In this document: positions 11,407 through 23,656 of the stretch, in pieces | How the letters are laid out: each line of letters begins with the position of its first letter | Numbering within the stretch: the first letter of the stretch is position 1 | From: Spizellomyces punctatus DAOM BR117 | Taxonomy: Eukaryota | DNA length: 64,000 nt | NCBI GenBank assembly: GCA_000182565.2 | Contig: KQ257455.1 | Strand: one strand, 5' to 3' | Notes under the pieces: model-generated | Databases searched by the model: none | What the model saw: the letters and a program-made list of their open reading frames with translations, nothing else | Told to the model about the DNA's origin: nothing | Program-made: the position numbers and the translations under genes

Positions 11407-14400
11407 CTACCATGACGCAACTGGATAGTCGTCGTCAGCTTCAAGGCTGTCTTCATTGATCATCCAGATTATGGTAGCGTGCCCCATGACGTTCGTGCAG
11501 AACCAAATTTGGTCAGTGGCTTCTGGAGCCAGGGTTCCAGGTGTCCTGGAACCGTTGGCTTGGGTTATGTAGAGGGCTGTGAACATCTCTGCGGCCCTTT
11601 TCAAGTTAACCGCTCGAAAGTGGTAATAGGCGTGCTCCCGATGTTTGGGACGGAGCTGCTCTTCTGTGGTTTCAGCTGCATTGGCTAGCTTTAACAACAC
11701 TGCTCTCGCGGCTTCAATGGCTATGTCCGCGAAATCGTGGGCCTCGCGATCAGGCCAGAGGGTGAAGCAGGCCGTTTTGGGGTTTCCGGCCGCATGTTGA
11801 GGGACCCCAGCGTCAAGCCAGGCAGCGCAGGGTACGTCCCGTAATCTCTTGCCTATCTTTTTTGCATCGGCAACGATACTGACAGCAGCTTGACCGCCGT
11901 CGGAAGCCCTACTGTAGGGCTCCGCGATATGCATCATGAGGGGCTGGCTCGTGGCGTAAGGCTTCAAAGCCCCGTCAACCACCCAATCTTCACCACGATA
12001 GTGTTCAAGGGTTTTGTTTGGGTCTTCATACAACTCACGAATCCAAACTTCGACCCAGGTGGCCATGGCTGCTCCGAGCTGCTCGATAGAGTTCTCGGCA
12101 GCGAAGGCGTCGCTTACTTCTGACCAGGGATAGCCTTCCTCAAGGGTAGAGAGGATGCTGACTCCTTGTTGTCCTCGGATATCGGTGGTCATGGTGTTGG
12201 AAATGAAAGCTTTTGTTTCGGTGTCGATAGAAAGGGTTTGCGAAGCAGAGTGATTGTGTAAGGGAAGTAGTTCGTTGGTAGTTGAAGATGAAAAAAGAGG
12301 GGGGGCAAGCAGGGGCGCCCTTTTAAGGTCGTCACCAGCTGATTTTGACAGCTCGGACATGCATAAGCGTGATCGGGAGGCTTGGTGTGGCGTTCTTGAC
12401 TGGTAAGGTAAGCCACGCGAAACTGGTTTTCTTTCTGGTGAGAGGGCATGATTATCACGTGAGCTATCGTCCGGATAAACCGCGAAGCATTGGTGGTCAG
12501 AAGCGTAAGCCGTATCTTCCGGGGCATTGCCTGCAAGGCTGACTACCAAAGAGTCCTCTACTAGCACGCTAGTGGGGGCTCTGGATCTCCAGTACTCTTC
12601 TAAGGCTTTGGAAGCCTCTGTTAGGGCTTCCTCTGGTTCCCAGGTATCCTCATGGGGTGGGTATCCGGACCAACGTATTCGAAATTGACATTTTCCGCGC
12701 CTGGTTTGATGGTCTACTATCGCTTCCACTTCAAACTTGCCCTCTGAAGCGTCGGAATCCTCTGCTTGTGCTTCCGCGACCTTTTCCTCAGTTTTGGCAT
12801 CGACAGGCTTCTGGTATGGACGTAATTTCGATATGTGAAACCATGGATGAAGTCATCTCATCTTGTCTGGCAGTTTTAACTCGTAGTTGTCGCGGAGAGG
12901 GTTACAGTCGGTCACCGTGACTGGTCCCAGCCATTTCGGAGCGATCTTGGACTCATACCCTGCTAGGTTTTTTGTGCTCAGAAGCACCTTATCTCCTCTC
13001 CGGAACTCCAAATGTCATCGCAATAAATCATAATATCTTTTCTGCGAATCCTGGGCTTTGATCATCAGATCTCAGATAAGGATGTTTAGGTCGCCGAGGT
13101 GTTTACAGAGCTCTTCCGCATCTGCATTTCTGGTTTCTGACGGCCTTTCGATGATATCCGCCAGTGGATTGTGGGGCTCATAGCCTAGGTCCATTCTGAA
13201 TCGCATCATTTTTGTCACCTCGTGTACCGTATCGTTGATAATGAATTCCGCAACCAGAAGAAAGGTGTCCCAGTCGTCTAATTGGGTGTTGACCATTGTG
13301 GTAAGGACCTGCAAGACCGTTGCGTTGTCTCTCTCTGATTGTCCATCACCTTGAGGGTGGTAGGCTGTGGTGAGCTCTTGATTAATCTTTAGGTTTTTGC
13401 AGACCTCCTGCCAAAATCGACTCGTAAACTTGGGGTTGCAGTCCGAGATAATAGTCTCCGGAATGCCATGCAATGGGACGTAGTGTTCTATAAAGAGTTC
13501 CATGACCTGAATAGCTGTCGCGGTGCTCTTGAGGGGCCATACGTGGATCCTCTTTGAGCATTTACATGCTATTAGCCAAAAGGCGTCGTACCCTCTGGAA
13601 GTAAGTGGGAGCTTGGTTATGAAGTCAGTCGTGATGAATGTCCAGCGTCCCGGAGCTGGTGGTATGGGTTTCAGCAACCCCGGAATCAGTTGCAGTACCC
13701 TTTTTGAGCGTTGACAGATTTCACATCCTGCGCAGTGTTTTCTGAAAGTTTGTGCCATCTTTGGCCACCAGACTTGTGCTGCGGCTCTGGCGTAGGTTCT
13801 TTCGAATCCGAAGTGTCCTCCCCCCTCATGAAAAAGCTTGCGCACCTCGGGGGTGCAAGCAGGGGGCACGTAGAGGCGCCAAAGGTCTTCGGAGACTGAA
13901 AAACGGTGCCACAGCAGGTTATCTGCATGTTGCCAGTCCTGAAGAAAGTGCGCGTCAGCTGTAGTGTAGGTGTCGGGGCTGGTCTCCCATAGGAGCGTGC
14001 GGGCCTGTTGGGCTATGGGGTGGAGCTGGCCGGTGAGGCCAGTGCGGATGGCGGCAATGAGTGCAGGCTGTAATGCCAGACAGAAGGCGGCATCTGCCAG
14101 TGTCGAGGAAGGTGCGAGAGCCGCTGGTGTGGTGCGCAGCCGTCGTCTTCCACGTTCCGCCACCCATATTTGGGTCGCGGTGGAGCAGAGGAGGGTTTCC
14201 GCTCCTAGTAGCCGTGAAAGTGTATCAGCGACAATGTGAAAACGTCCTGGTTTGTGAACGATTGTCATCCATTAAGACCAGTAACTAAGATCGAGGGCCC
14301 AGCGGAGAAGCTTATGGTTCTCGCCTTTGTATTTAGCGAGCCACAAAAGAGCTCGGTGATCGGTAATGACTGTGAAAGGCAGGCCTTCGAGGTATGGGCG

Positions 14401-17400
14401 GAGTTTTCCGAGGCCCCAAATGAGGCATCTGGCCTCGAGTTCGACAGGGGGGGCCTTCTTTTCCGAGGTGGTGGTGCCTCGGGAATGGTAGCACAGCGGG
14501 TGTTTAGAAGCATCCGGCTGTAACTGTTCGAGCATGACATTAAACGCTGTGTAGGAAGCGTCACTGTGAAGGGTGTAGGGGAACCCTTTTCTGGGTGCCG
14601 CAAGCACTGGAGCTGTTGTCAGAGCCTGCTTGGTGGCTGCGAAGGCAGAGTTTCGGGAATCGGTCCATGAAACTTCACGCTTCACGATAAATCTGCGCAG
14701 ACCTTGGTCGGGGCGCTTGCGAGCAAGGCGTCCGACACAAAAGGGGTCAATGGGCAAGTCCGCCAACGATGATTGGCGTAGATTGACCACCGGTAGGTCT
14801 GAGGAGCTAGATTTCGGATGTTGCGAAACCTCAAATCAGGCTCCAGTGGCTGTGATTGTAGGGGCCACCGCCGTGTCGAGCATGGATGGTGAATTGAGCT
14901 TTTCAGCGCCTTTCTTTGGGTCAGCGCGACCCTTTTTAAGGTCTTGGTATTCGCGAACGCCCTCTTGGATAGCGTCTTGCAGGGGTCGGACGAGTTCCGT
15001 GTAGTGGGGGATGAATTGGGCGTGGAACCCTAGGAGACCCACGAAGGACCATAGGTCACCTATGAATTTGGGTCATGGCCAATCGACTATGGTTGCAACC
15101 TTGTCTGGATCGGTAGCGAGACCCTGAGAGGAGGCAACGAAACCGAGAGCCGTGAGCTGGTGAAAGAGCCATTGACACTTGTCAAGTCTTAGGGTGAGTT
15201 TGGCTCTGGAAAAGCGGTCGAGCCAGTCCGCGATGGCGTCTAGGGCTTCCGCGGCTGTCTCCGCTCGTGTGTGGATATCATTGACGAAGTTGTTGATATT
15301 TCACCATTTGGAGGGACCCAAGGTGTCATCCATCACCCGACAGAAGTGCGAAGGGGCAGTCTTGGGTCCGAAGGGCATAAAGAGTGGTTCGTAGATGCCG
15401 TCATGGAGTCTGATCGCGAGCCATTTGCGTACCGATGCATCGGTGATGGCGATTTGGTAAAATCCTTTGTTTGCGTCACCTCCCGATATGTATCGGAATG
15501 GGACTGCAATGATCCAGTTCAGGATGTCGAGCATGATGGGAAAGGGATATGGGTCCCAGGCCATGCAGTCGTTGGCTCGGCGATAGTCGAAGGCTACCTG
15601 CGGGGGTTTGTCTGTGTAGCGAATGATAACAGGATCGCTGGCGAAGGTTACTTTGGTGGTTCGTTTCCACCTCTGAAGCCCCATCATGGTGTCTTGCTCC
15701 ATCTCGAGGGCTGTCTGCTCCAACAGAGAGTACGACCGTGGCCTCGAAAGGGGTGGCGGAGCCGAGATAAATCGAGGCGCATAAGGAATCTTGGTGTAGT
15801 TCCCTATGAGATGACCCTCATAGCTGAAGGCTTGATGGAAGTGTCGTAGAATGTTGATTAGGGCCCAGACCATGGGTTTGGGTCGCTTGAGATCGACGTG
15901 GAAATGTTCCGCGTCTTTTAATTGGGCTTTGAAGGCCCCTGGAGCCCTCTCCGTAGAGTCGAGGTTCCATTTGTTCCGAAGTGTCTGCCATTCTTCTTTG
16001 GAAATGTTCTCTTCGGGGTCCGCAACTGAATTATGGGTTGCGGTGGACAGTTTGAGGCCTAACGGGGCCGTTGAGCTAGCAGCAGTGGCCTCAAGAGGGT
16101 TTTCGATGAGAAAAGTTTGGGCTGCCATGTGCGTCTGTCCCGTGATTAACATGGTTAATCTAGACTTCTGAGCTTTGGCTTTGGTCAGCCGTGGCATTGA
16201 CACATCCTTCATGAATTCACCCTGCTTGGTCTTGTATGGCATGCCGCACATGTGATCAGTGTCCAGCTCATCCATTATGGAGCAAGGGATAAGGATGTCC
16301 GGATTCTTGAGCGTCACCACGAAACTGGGTAACGGGGGTTCCTGAACCAAGGTTTGGAGTTTCAAATGTCCCAGAACGTCGTTGGCTAGGATGATGAGAG
16401 GTTTCCCATATGCAATGACTCGGAAATAGGCACGGAAAGTCAGGTATTCTCCTCTGTGGCCTCTGAGGGAAGTTTCGAGGCATACTGTCTTGGTAGATGA
16501 GATACGTCCACCAATGCCTTTGAAAGCCATCGTTTCTGCATCCTGCAAATCAGTTTCGGAGAACAGAAGGCCCTGGTACGTGTCGGAAACCAGAGACTCG
16601 CAGGCTCCTGTGTCTAGTACCACAGGTGCCCAGAGCTGAGCGATGACGGCTAGCGTCCAGCAAGGCTGTGTTTGGGTCTTGGTCTGGCTTTTGAGTACAT
16701 CGCCTAAATCTACCGAGTAGAAGGCATTGATGGAAGGCACCGCGACCTCGAAATGGGGCGCGATGTCATTAATTGTTGCTTCCATAGCCTTGATCGCACT
16801 CTCAAAGTGCTCTCTAGATTTGTTGTTTTGTGGTTTTGTTGTTTTATTCTGGCGAGCAACTTGTTTGATAGCCAGCATGACTATACGCGTCCGTTCGCTC
16901 TCTTCGTGTCTTTGGAGACGTGGATGGTCTTTAACGTGCAGAAATTTGGGGTTTCCGCGATGATAATAATAGTCTGAGCGAATGATATTGCCTGTCAGGA
17001 GAAATGCCACCAGTTGCAGGTTGGCGTAAGAATCAAAGATAACAGGATCTTCGGAGCTCCACATCAAGAATTTCTCACGCTCATCGAGCCTTATCCAGGC
17101 AAGGAGGATCAAATGAGGGGTACCGTCTTCTCGGACTTTTCACAGGATTCGATCCTTGTCAGCTTCAGCTGCAGCAGCGATGTAGAGGTGGTGGGAACTC
17201 CACGCGACTGCGTAGGGGTCGTTCCCGAGGTGCCCGGCGCCTCGCTTCAGTTCTTTGGCGAAGAAGCTGAGCACGCGGGGGTTGTTGCCCATCATCAGAG
17301 CCACTTGCGGGGTGCCCCAGATGATGGCTATGTTGTCCCAGACTTGGTCCCAGCCCTGCGTGGGCGTGCGGGGGTCCTCTTCCTTAGTCTCCGTGACCTC

Positions 17401-18963
17401 GGAAAGAGGTGCGGTCATCAAAATTGTTGATTCTGAGTGCTTGGGTGAATGAAAGAATCTGATGGTGTGGAATCCTTGATTAGCGGCGGCTGTCCTTTCC
17501 AGTTCTGAAGCCAAAAAAAGAGTCTCGGTGGTAGCGGACGTCGAGTCCAGCTCCACTATGTAAGACTTCTTGGACTCCTGTTTGGGTTTCCAACCTGCGG
17601 GCGTGGGTGCTCCATATGGTCCTTTCTTTCCATCTTCAGGATCTTTTCGGTTCGGGTTCTGCCAGCAGAAAACATTCCAATGCTTTTTCTGACAGAATTT
17701 GCAGGGTGCTGGTGGTTCCTTGTTGGGGTCCGGAACCATCTTTTGAGGACCGTCACAACCCTTTTCGGGGTTTCCGGTTTTATGTTGAGCCGTCTGCTTA
17801 GGGCCTTTGTCGGTTCCAGTCTTTTGTGACTTCTTCTGAGCTTCAGCAGCACCGCTGTAGCAAGGGTCTCATTTTCTGGTGTCATCAGAGCCGAAATAAA
17901 GGCGCAGGAAGTCTTTTAATTTGGTCAGGTTCATGACGTTACAGGATTTGACCATGATTTGGATGTCGCTGGGCAATTGTTCGACTATTAGGTCGAAATG
18001 CTGGTCAGTGGGACATTCTATGTTTGCCCGGTCGCCGTATGCGAGGCGCTGGAGATGAGTTTTGTGGTCAATGAACACGAGAAAGCTGCGAAATTCTTTG
18101 GGGTTCACGTGGCAGCGCACATATTCAGTTTTGCACTTGGACTCGGTTAGGGGATCTCGGAACTCTCGAAGCAGTTCTTCTTTCCACCTTTTCCAGGTCC
18201 ACGAGCGAGTTTCCTGGGCTTCCAGAGTGTAAAACCAAGCGTCGGCAGGGGTTTTCTCGGCTATCATGGCTGGTAGGAGCTGTACCATCCTGGCATCCAA
18301 CGTTGCGCTAACATTTTGAAGAAGTTGGACTTTGTTGAGCCATTCTTCAACGTCTTGGTTTCTTTTGCCCATAAACTCGGGTACGTCCTTTGCTTTCAAG
18401 GAATCGACCTTGGTGTCGCTGGCCCACAGGGCCGCTGGCACTTGGATTGGAGGCACCGGACCTGAAAAACTTGGTTCGGTATGCTCCCTTGGTGTGTCCG
18501 ATGTTTCCCACGGGGTTGTGGACCGTTCTCTTGTAGCTCGTGCTATGAGAGGTTGTTCAGGCAGCAGGCGATGTGCTAGGGCTTCTAAGGCTCGTGCGAG
18601 GCGCTCATCTGCCGCTGTCTGACGTTCGGAAAGCCTATGAAGCTGTTCCGTAAGATTTTGAGTTGCCAACTGCGTTGCAGCAGTCGAGCGGGCAATGTCT
18701 TCTTTTAACGCTGCCACTTCAGAGGCCATCGTGGCCAAGTTAGGGGCTTCCGGTTTGACGGAAGTGGTCCCTGAACGCCTTGGGCATGTTGCGGGAGGGA
18801 CTTCGACATCCTCTGCAGGACCCTGACTACGAGTCTGGATCACAGGTGAGCGGCCTCGCATTGGAGAGCATTCGACCGGCATCATTCTCGGTTTCATGAA
18901 GTCTGTTTCCGAAACGAGAGAAAAGGTTTCCGAGTAGCTACCTGAGCGGATCTCGGTTTGCAC
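11407..18963 (-). pseudogene. Gypsy-1 single-frame gag-pol polyprotein (Gag, CX2CX3HX4C knuckle, MTase-like insert, PR, RT, RH, INT, chromodomain, C-terminal extension)
   Basis: ORFs starting at 18963, 17739, 17112, 15042, 14790, 14268 and 12729 share one frame and are separated only by stops (8 TGA and 1 TAA counted). Motifs: VLDTGA (PR); MPFGPKTAPSHF and FVND (RT); LHSDAS and ITDHRAL (RH); GHFG, CEIC, TDFITKLP, PQGDGQSER (INT); FEVEAI..RWSGY..TWEP (chromodomain). Confidence 0.92.
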
Positions 18964-19020
18964 AAGAGTTTCGGTACAACCGAATAAGGTTTTCAGCTGA
19001 ATTTGAGAGGGGAAGGCAGT

Positions 19021-19039
19021 TCGTCGCGCTTCTCCACCA
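19021..19039 (-). promoter_or_regulatory. Primer binding site of Gypsy-1, probably tRNA-Ala
   Basis: TGGTGGAGAAG directly after the 5' LTR, complementary to a ...CUCCACCA tRNA 3' end. Confidence 0.6.
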
Positions 19040-19611
19040 TGTAACGGATTTTTTGTTGGTAGACTATGGTAAAGACAACTTGGGTCTCCTAGCAGGTTGT
19101 GTGGGTGTCCGTACTAGGAATCGTAGTCTCCAAATCCTTTCTTTGGGTGTCGGTAGTGACTTGAGGGCGAGAGGCAAGGAGAGTCAGTTAGTTGTGAACT
19201 GAGCAGGATTTAGAGGCTTCAGTGCGGGTGATCAGGCCGTTGAAGCGCTCTGTTAGGTTCCTGTTAACCTAGGATTGGGGTTGAGAAGCTAGTTGTGGGG
19301 ATTTTTTGTCGCTATGGCTTCTGGCTGCCGACTTATTTTATTGAATTCCTCTTTTTATACAAGAATATGCTACGGTAACGTCTACACTAGTTTCTGTAGC
19401 CTTCATTAGGGTGGCGGCATCCGATCTTCCCATCTCGGACCATTGCCATGATCGATCATGGCTGCGTAACGTATCCTTCACGCTGCGCTGGTGTAGCCCA
19501 GAACCGAGCTTGATCTTAGGGGTTTCGAAGCTTAGGTTACAATTGCGGAAACCTCAATTGTGGTCACCTGATGCCTTTGAGCGAACCAGTTTATCAGAGT
19601 CGTTCGCTACA
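19040..19611 (-). repeat. 5' LTR of Gypsy-1
   Basis: Same length as the left LTR; about 24 substitutions by manual alignment. Confidence 0.95.
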
Positions 19612-20244
19612 ACAGCATATTGTTACAATAGGCAGCAGGGACAAGAAGACTAGGAAGCCTTGGGGAAAACTTGGTTATTCTATTAGAGGGGGGTGTGGCA
19701 ACACTCCCTTTTTATAGACCAAAATGCCAAGGCTTCAGTTTTATCTCTAACCAATGAAAAGACTTCTAAACTAGTGAGTCACAATGTATCCTCCTTATCT
19801 TTGCAGTAAAAATTATTTTCTGCAGCTCAGGAATGTTGGGGAAGTCAAGAAATAGGTGTTATCCTACAACTAGACTGGATGCACCTGAGAGGTGGATAGC
19901 CATGTTAGAAGCTATGCCATCGCTAGAGAATGTCTCTGTGGACTTTGTGTCAAAAGAGCAGTGAAAGAGTTATATTACAGAAAGAAAAACGGGGTCCTAA
20001 ATATAGTACAGATCACATGATGACAACCTGACTTTGACCTCTAATTTTCGGGCGCATAAAGCAACTAACTAAGAAGGTGTTTTGACAAGCTTGTAGCGCG
20101 GATTCAGGGCTTTCCAGAACCATCTTGGTCTTGTTGATAAGTTAATAACTCGCTAAGTTATTCAAGTTACCGTCCCATGGCAACTTCAATGAAATCAATC
20201 AATTAATTCCAACACTTCCCCTCGCCCAAAATTCCATTCTATTC

Positions 20245-22842
20245 TTAGGCTCTTTTGTTTGTCACATCATCCAGTGATTGAACGCCAAGTTCTGCACAAC
20301 ACTGGGTGAACCTCGGTGCAGGAATGGCCTTGGTAAGAACATCTGCAGTCATCTGTTGAGTGGGGCATCTTCTAACTGAAATCTCGCCACTCTGGATGTG
20401 TTCCCTGAGGAAATGATAGCGTATATCAATATGTTTTGTCCGTTGCGAAATCAGGGTGTTCTTTGCCAGTTCCATCGCGCCATTGTTATCCATTTTGAGC
20501 ATGGTAGGGCGTTGTTTGACTTCCAAAAACCCGAGCTCTGCTAAGAGGTTTCTCATCCAAATAACCTCTCGTGCACAATCTGATGCCGCAATATACTCTG
20601 CCTCAACTGTGGAGAGTGCTGTGCATCTCTGCTTTGAAGATTTCCAAGCAATAGCGCCACCTGATAGCTTGAGAAGCCATCCTGAGGTTGACTTCCTATC
20701 TGAGAGGTCTCCACCCCAATCTGCATCGGAATAGGCTTCCAGATTGTAGCTGTTTTGCTGATAAACAAGCCCGTAGCTTGCTGTCTTTTGCAGGTACCGA
20801 AATATCCTCTTTACGCCCATCCAGTGCATGTTTCCAGGCACCTCACAGTGCCTAGCAAGTATCCCAACTGCTGTACTGATGTCAGGTCTAGAGGCAATTG
20901 CAGCAAACATCAAGCTGCCTATTGCACTGCAGTACTTCAATTTATCTACCATGGGTTGCCTTGACCCAAGAGCCTCAAATCAAACAGAGGTATCCAGTGG
21001 GGTTGACACTGGGTTTGAGTTTTCCATCTTGAGTCTTCTGAGCACTTCACCAATGTAATGTGCTTGATCCAGGGAAAGAATGCCATGCGGTTCATCTCTG
21101 ATTACCCTTAAACCCAAGATATGGTGGATAGGGCCAAGATCCTGCATCTTAAATTGCACTGACAATGTTGGTTTGACCCAATTCATGTCCTCTTTTGACT
21201 TGGTTGCAATAACCAGATCATCAACATAAACTGCCAGTATGATGTGCCATTTGTTTATGTTTGTGCACTCATCTTTCTCATGTGGTTTCACTTCCTGAAC
21301 CTCTTCCCCTTGCCAAATGTAAACACAAGGCTCGTGCACCAGTTGTTTAAAGCTGTTTTCGAGGAGGTAGGCATGCAGGGTATGGTTCCATAGCCTTCCA
21401 GCTTGCTTCAAACTGTAGAGACCCTTCTTCAACAAGCAAACAAACTTGTCTGGTGGGTGCTCTGTTGAAATTCCTAGGGGTTGCTCCACATACAGCTCTG
21501 AATCAACCTCGCCATTCAGAAATGCTGTTGCAACATCCATTTGATCCAATAAAAGCCCATGCTCTGCTGCCAGGGCAAAGATCAGTCGCAGAGCAGGGAA
21601 GGAGATGACGTGTGAAAAGGTCTCATCATAGTCCAATCCATGGATTTGACTGTACCCTTTGGCTACAAATCTTGCTTTGTGCCTTTCTACAGTGCTGTCA
21701 GTCTTCCACTTTGTTTTATAGACCCATTTGCTGCCAATTACAGGCCTTCAAGAGGGTCTGGGGACGATTTCCCACATCCCATTTTCAACCAGTGATGCAT
21801 ATTCAGCCTCCATGGCTTGCATCCAGGCTTCTTTCTGGGGTGATTGCAGCGTGCCATTAAGTGTTTTCAGGTCTTCATGGCCGAAACCTTCTTGCTGCAT
21901 CTCCAGATCTGTGGTGGTGGTGGTGGGGGGTCCTGAAGGCATTCCTAGGTGTGCATGGAAGGCGTCAACATCATTGTTTTCTCCTTCCAAATCACTGGGG
22001 AAATGCTGCTGTTCCCAGAGGTCAAGTGCCACAGTGTCCTTGACATGCTCCAATGGCTCCCAAGTACTCTCAGTTCTGGGGTAACCCTTCCATTTGACAA
22101 GGTAGTATGTCTCGTTGCCTTGTTTATCCTCAGCAAGGATCTCCTCCACAGGGAACTCCTGCTCTTCTTCTTCCAGCAGTGAACCCATTGGTTCAGAGCA
22201 TGCGTCAGATTGCCCTTTAACTGCCTCATCAAATGCCACATCCCTAGACTCCAAGATGGTGTCATTCTGGGGATTCCACAGTCGATAACATCGTGAATTT
22301 TGCCCATAACCAACCAGAATCAACTTTGCTGATGTGGGATCCAGTTTTCCTCATAGTTGCTTCGATATTTGCATGTAGGCGACACATCCAATTGCTCTCA
22401 GATGCTCTACATTAGGGTGCGCCCCTGTCAAGGCCTCAGAGGGGGTAATCTTCCTCTTCAGCAGCGCCTTGGTCGGGCTCAAATTCCTCAAATAATTGGC
22501 AGATTCCCAGACTTCTGCCCACAGCTTCTGGGGAAGGTTATTCTCGTGCAGAATAGACTGAAACATATCCTCCAGAGTCCTGTTCAATCTCTCAGCAGCT
22601 CCATTCTGCTGGGGAGTATAGTGCATCATAGTTTGGTGGGTGATGCCCTCAGATTTGAGGTAGGCATCAAACTGGTGGTTCATAAACTCACCACCGCCAT
22701 CAGTTCTGAATGCCTTGATTGTCCTTTCAGTCAGATTCTCGATCCAGGCCTTAAATTCCTTGAACTTTTCTAGGCACAACATTGCTGATTTCGAGTTGAG
22801 ATAGAAGCATTTGCTATATCTGCTTCCAAGATCCAAGAATGT
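20245..22842 (-). pseudogene. Copia-B pol 3' part: integrase core, chromodomain, RT, RNase H
   Basis: FRTDGGGEF and PQQNGAAER (INT); FPVEEIL..YLVKWKGY..STWEP (chromodomain); KARFVAKGY, QMDVATAFLNG, VYVDD (RT); YSDADWGG, TKHIDIRYHF (RH). One frame with three TGA stops. Confidence 0.92.
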
Positions 22843-23341
22843 TATTGAAACTTAGCGCTTGGAACACTGATTTCCCGTGTAGAAATCACTTCTGAAAGAC
22901 CTAGTAATGCCTGTGGCCGCTAGTAAGACTTCTGGGTGCAGTAACTTGTGGGATAACATGCTTGTATTAATCCAGAGACGTGCAAAAGCCCCCTTTATAT
23001 AACCCAGTACATTCTCCAGCCTCCCTCCGCCTTTGTTTACTGTTTACATGCTTCAGCCCACTTGTTTACATGCTCAGCCATGCTCAGCAGTGCTCAGCAG
23101 TGCTCAGCAGCTTCAGCCATGCCTTGGCAAACATTACCTGAAGATCTAGATCATCACAAACCTTCCAGACCTTCTAAGAGTGCTTACATGATGATTTACC
23201 CCTTTAAATCATTCCCACGCGCGTCTGTGATCATTCTGATTACTCTAAGTCCAATTCCCCACGTTGTAACTTATCCACATCAGATGTGAACTGTCTATGA
23301 CATCCCAGCATGATCTCACATGATTTATAGATCATACAGCG
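22843..23341 (-). repeat. Partial Copia-A LTR ending at an assembly gap (redundant copy of 23657-24155)
   Basis: 22628-23341 is repeated starting at 23442, across the N run. Confidence 0.8.
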
Positions 23342-23656
23342 NNNNNNNNNNNNNNNNNNNNNNNNNNNNNNNNNNNNNNNNNNNNNNNNNNNNNNNNNNN
23401 NNNNNNNNNNNNNNNNNNNNNNNNNNNNNNNNNNNNNNNNNATAGTTTGGTGGGTGATGCCCTCAGATTTGAGGTAGGCATCAAACTGGTGGTTCATAAA
23501 CTCACCACCGCCATCAGTTCTGAATGCCTTGATTGTCCTTTCAGTCAGATTCTCGATCCAGGCCTTAAATTCCTTGAACTTTTCTAGGCACAACATTGCT
23601 GATTTCGAGTTGAGATAGAAGCATTTGCTATATCTGCTTCCAAGATCCAAGAATGT

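Larger units (their letters stand above)
10778..19611 (-). mobile_element. Full-length Ty3/Gypsy chromovirus-type LTR retrotransposon (Gypsy-1), inactivated by nonsense codons
   Basis: 572-bp TG...CA LTRs at 10778-11349 and 19040-19611; ACAG TSD (10774-10777, 19612-19615); PBS TGGTGGAGAAG; PPT GAAGGGGGGA; domain order Gag-PR-RT-RH-INT-chromodomain. Confidence 0.95.

Noticed and set aside
23062-23289. Recurring small ORFs MFTCSAMLSSAQQ... (also 23876, 26049, 29783, 35666)
   Set aside because: Translations of the LTR-A minisatellite region, not independent genes.
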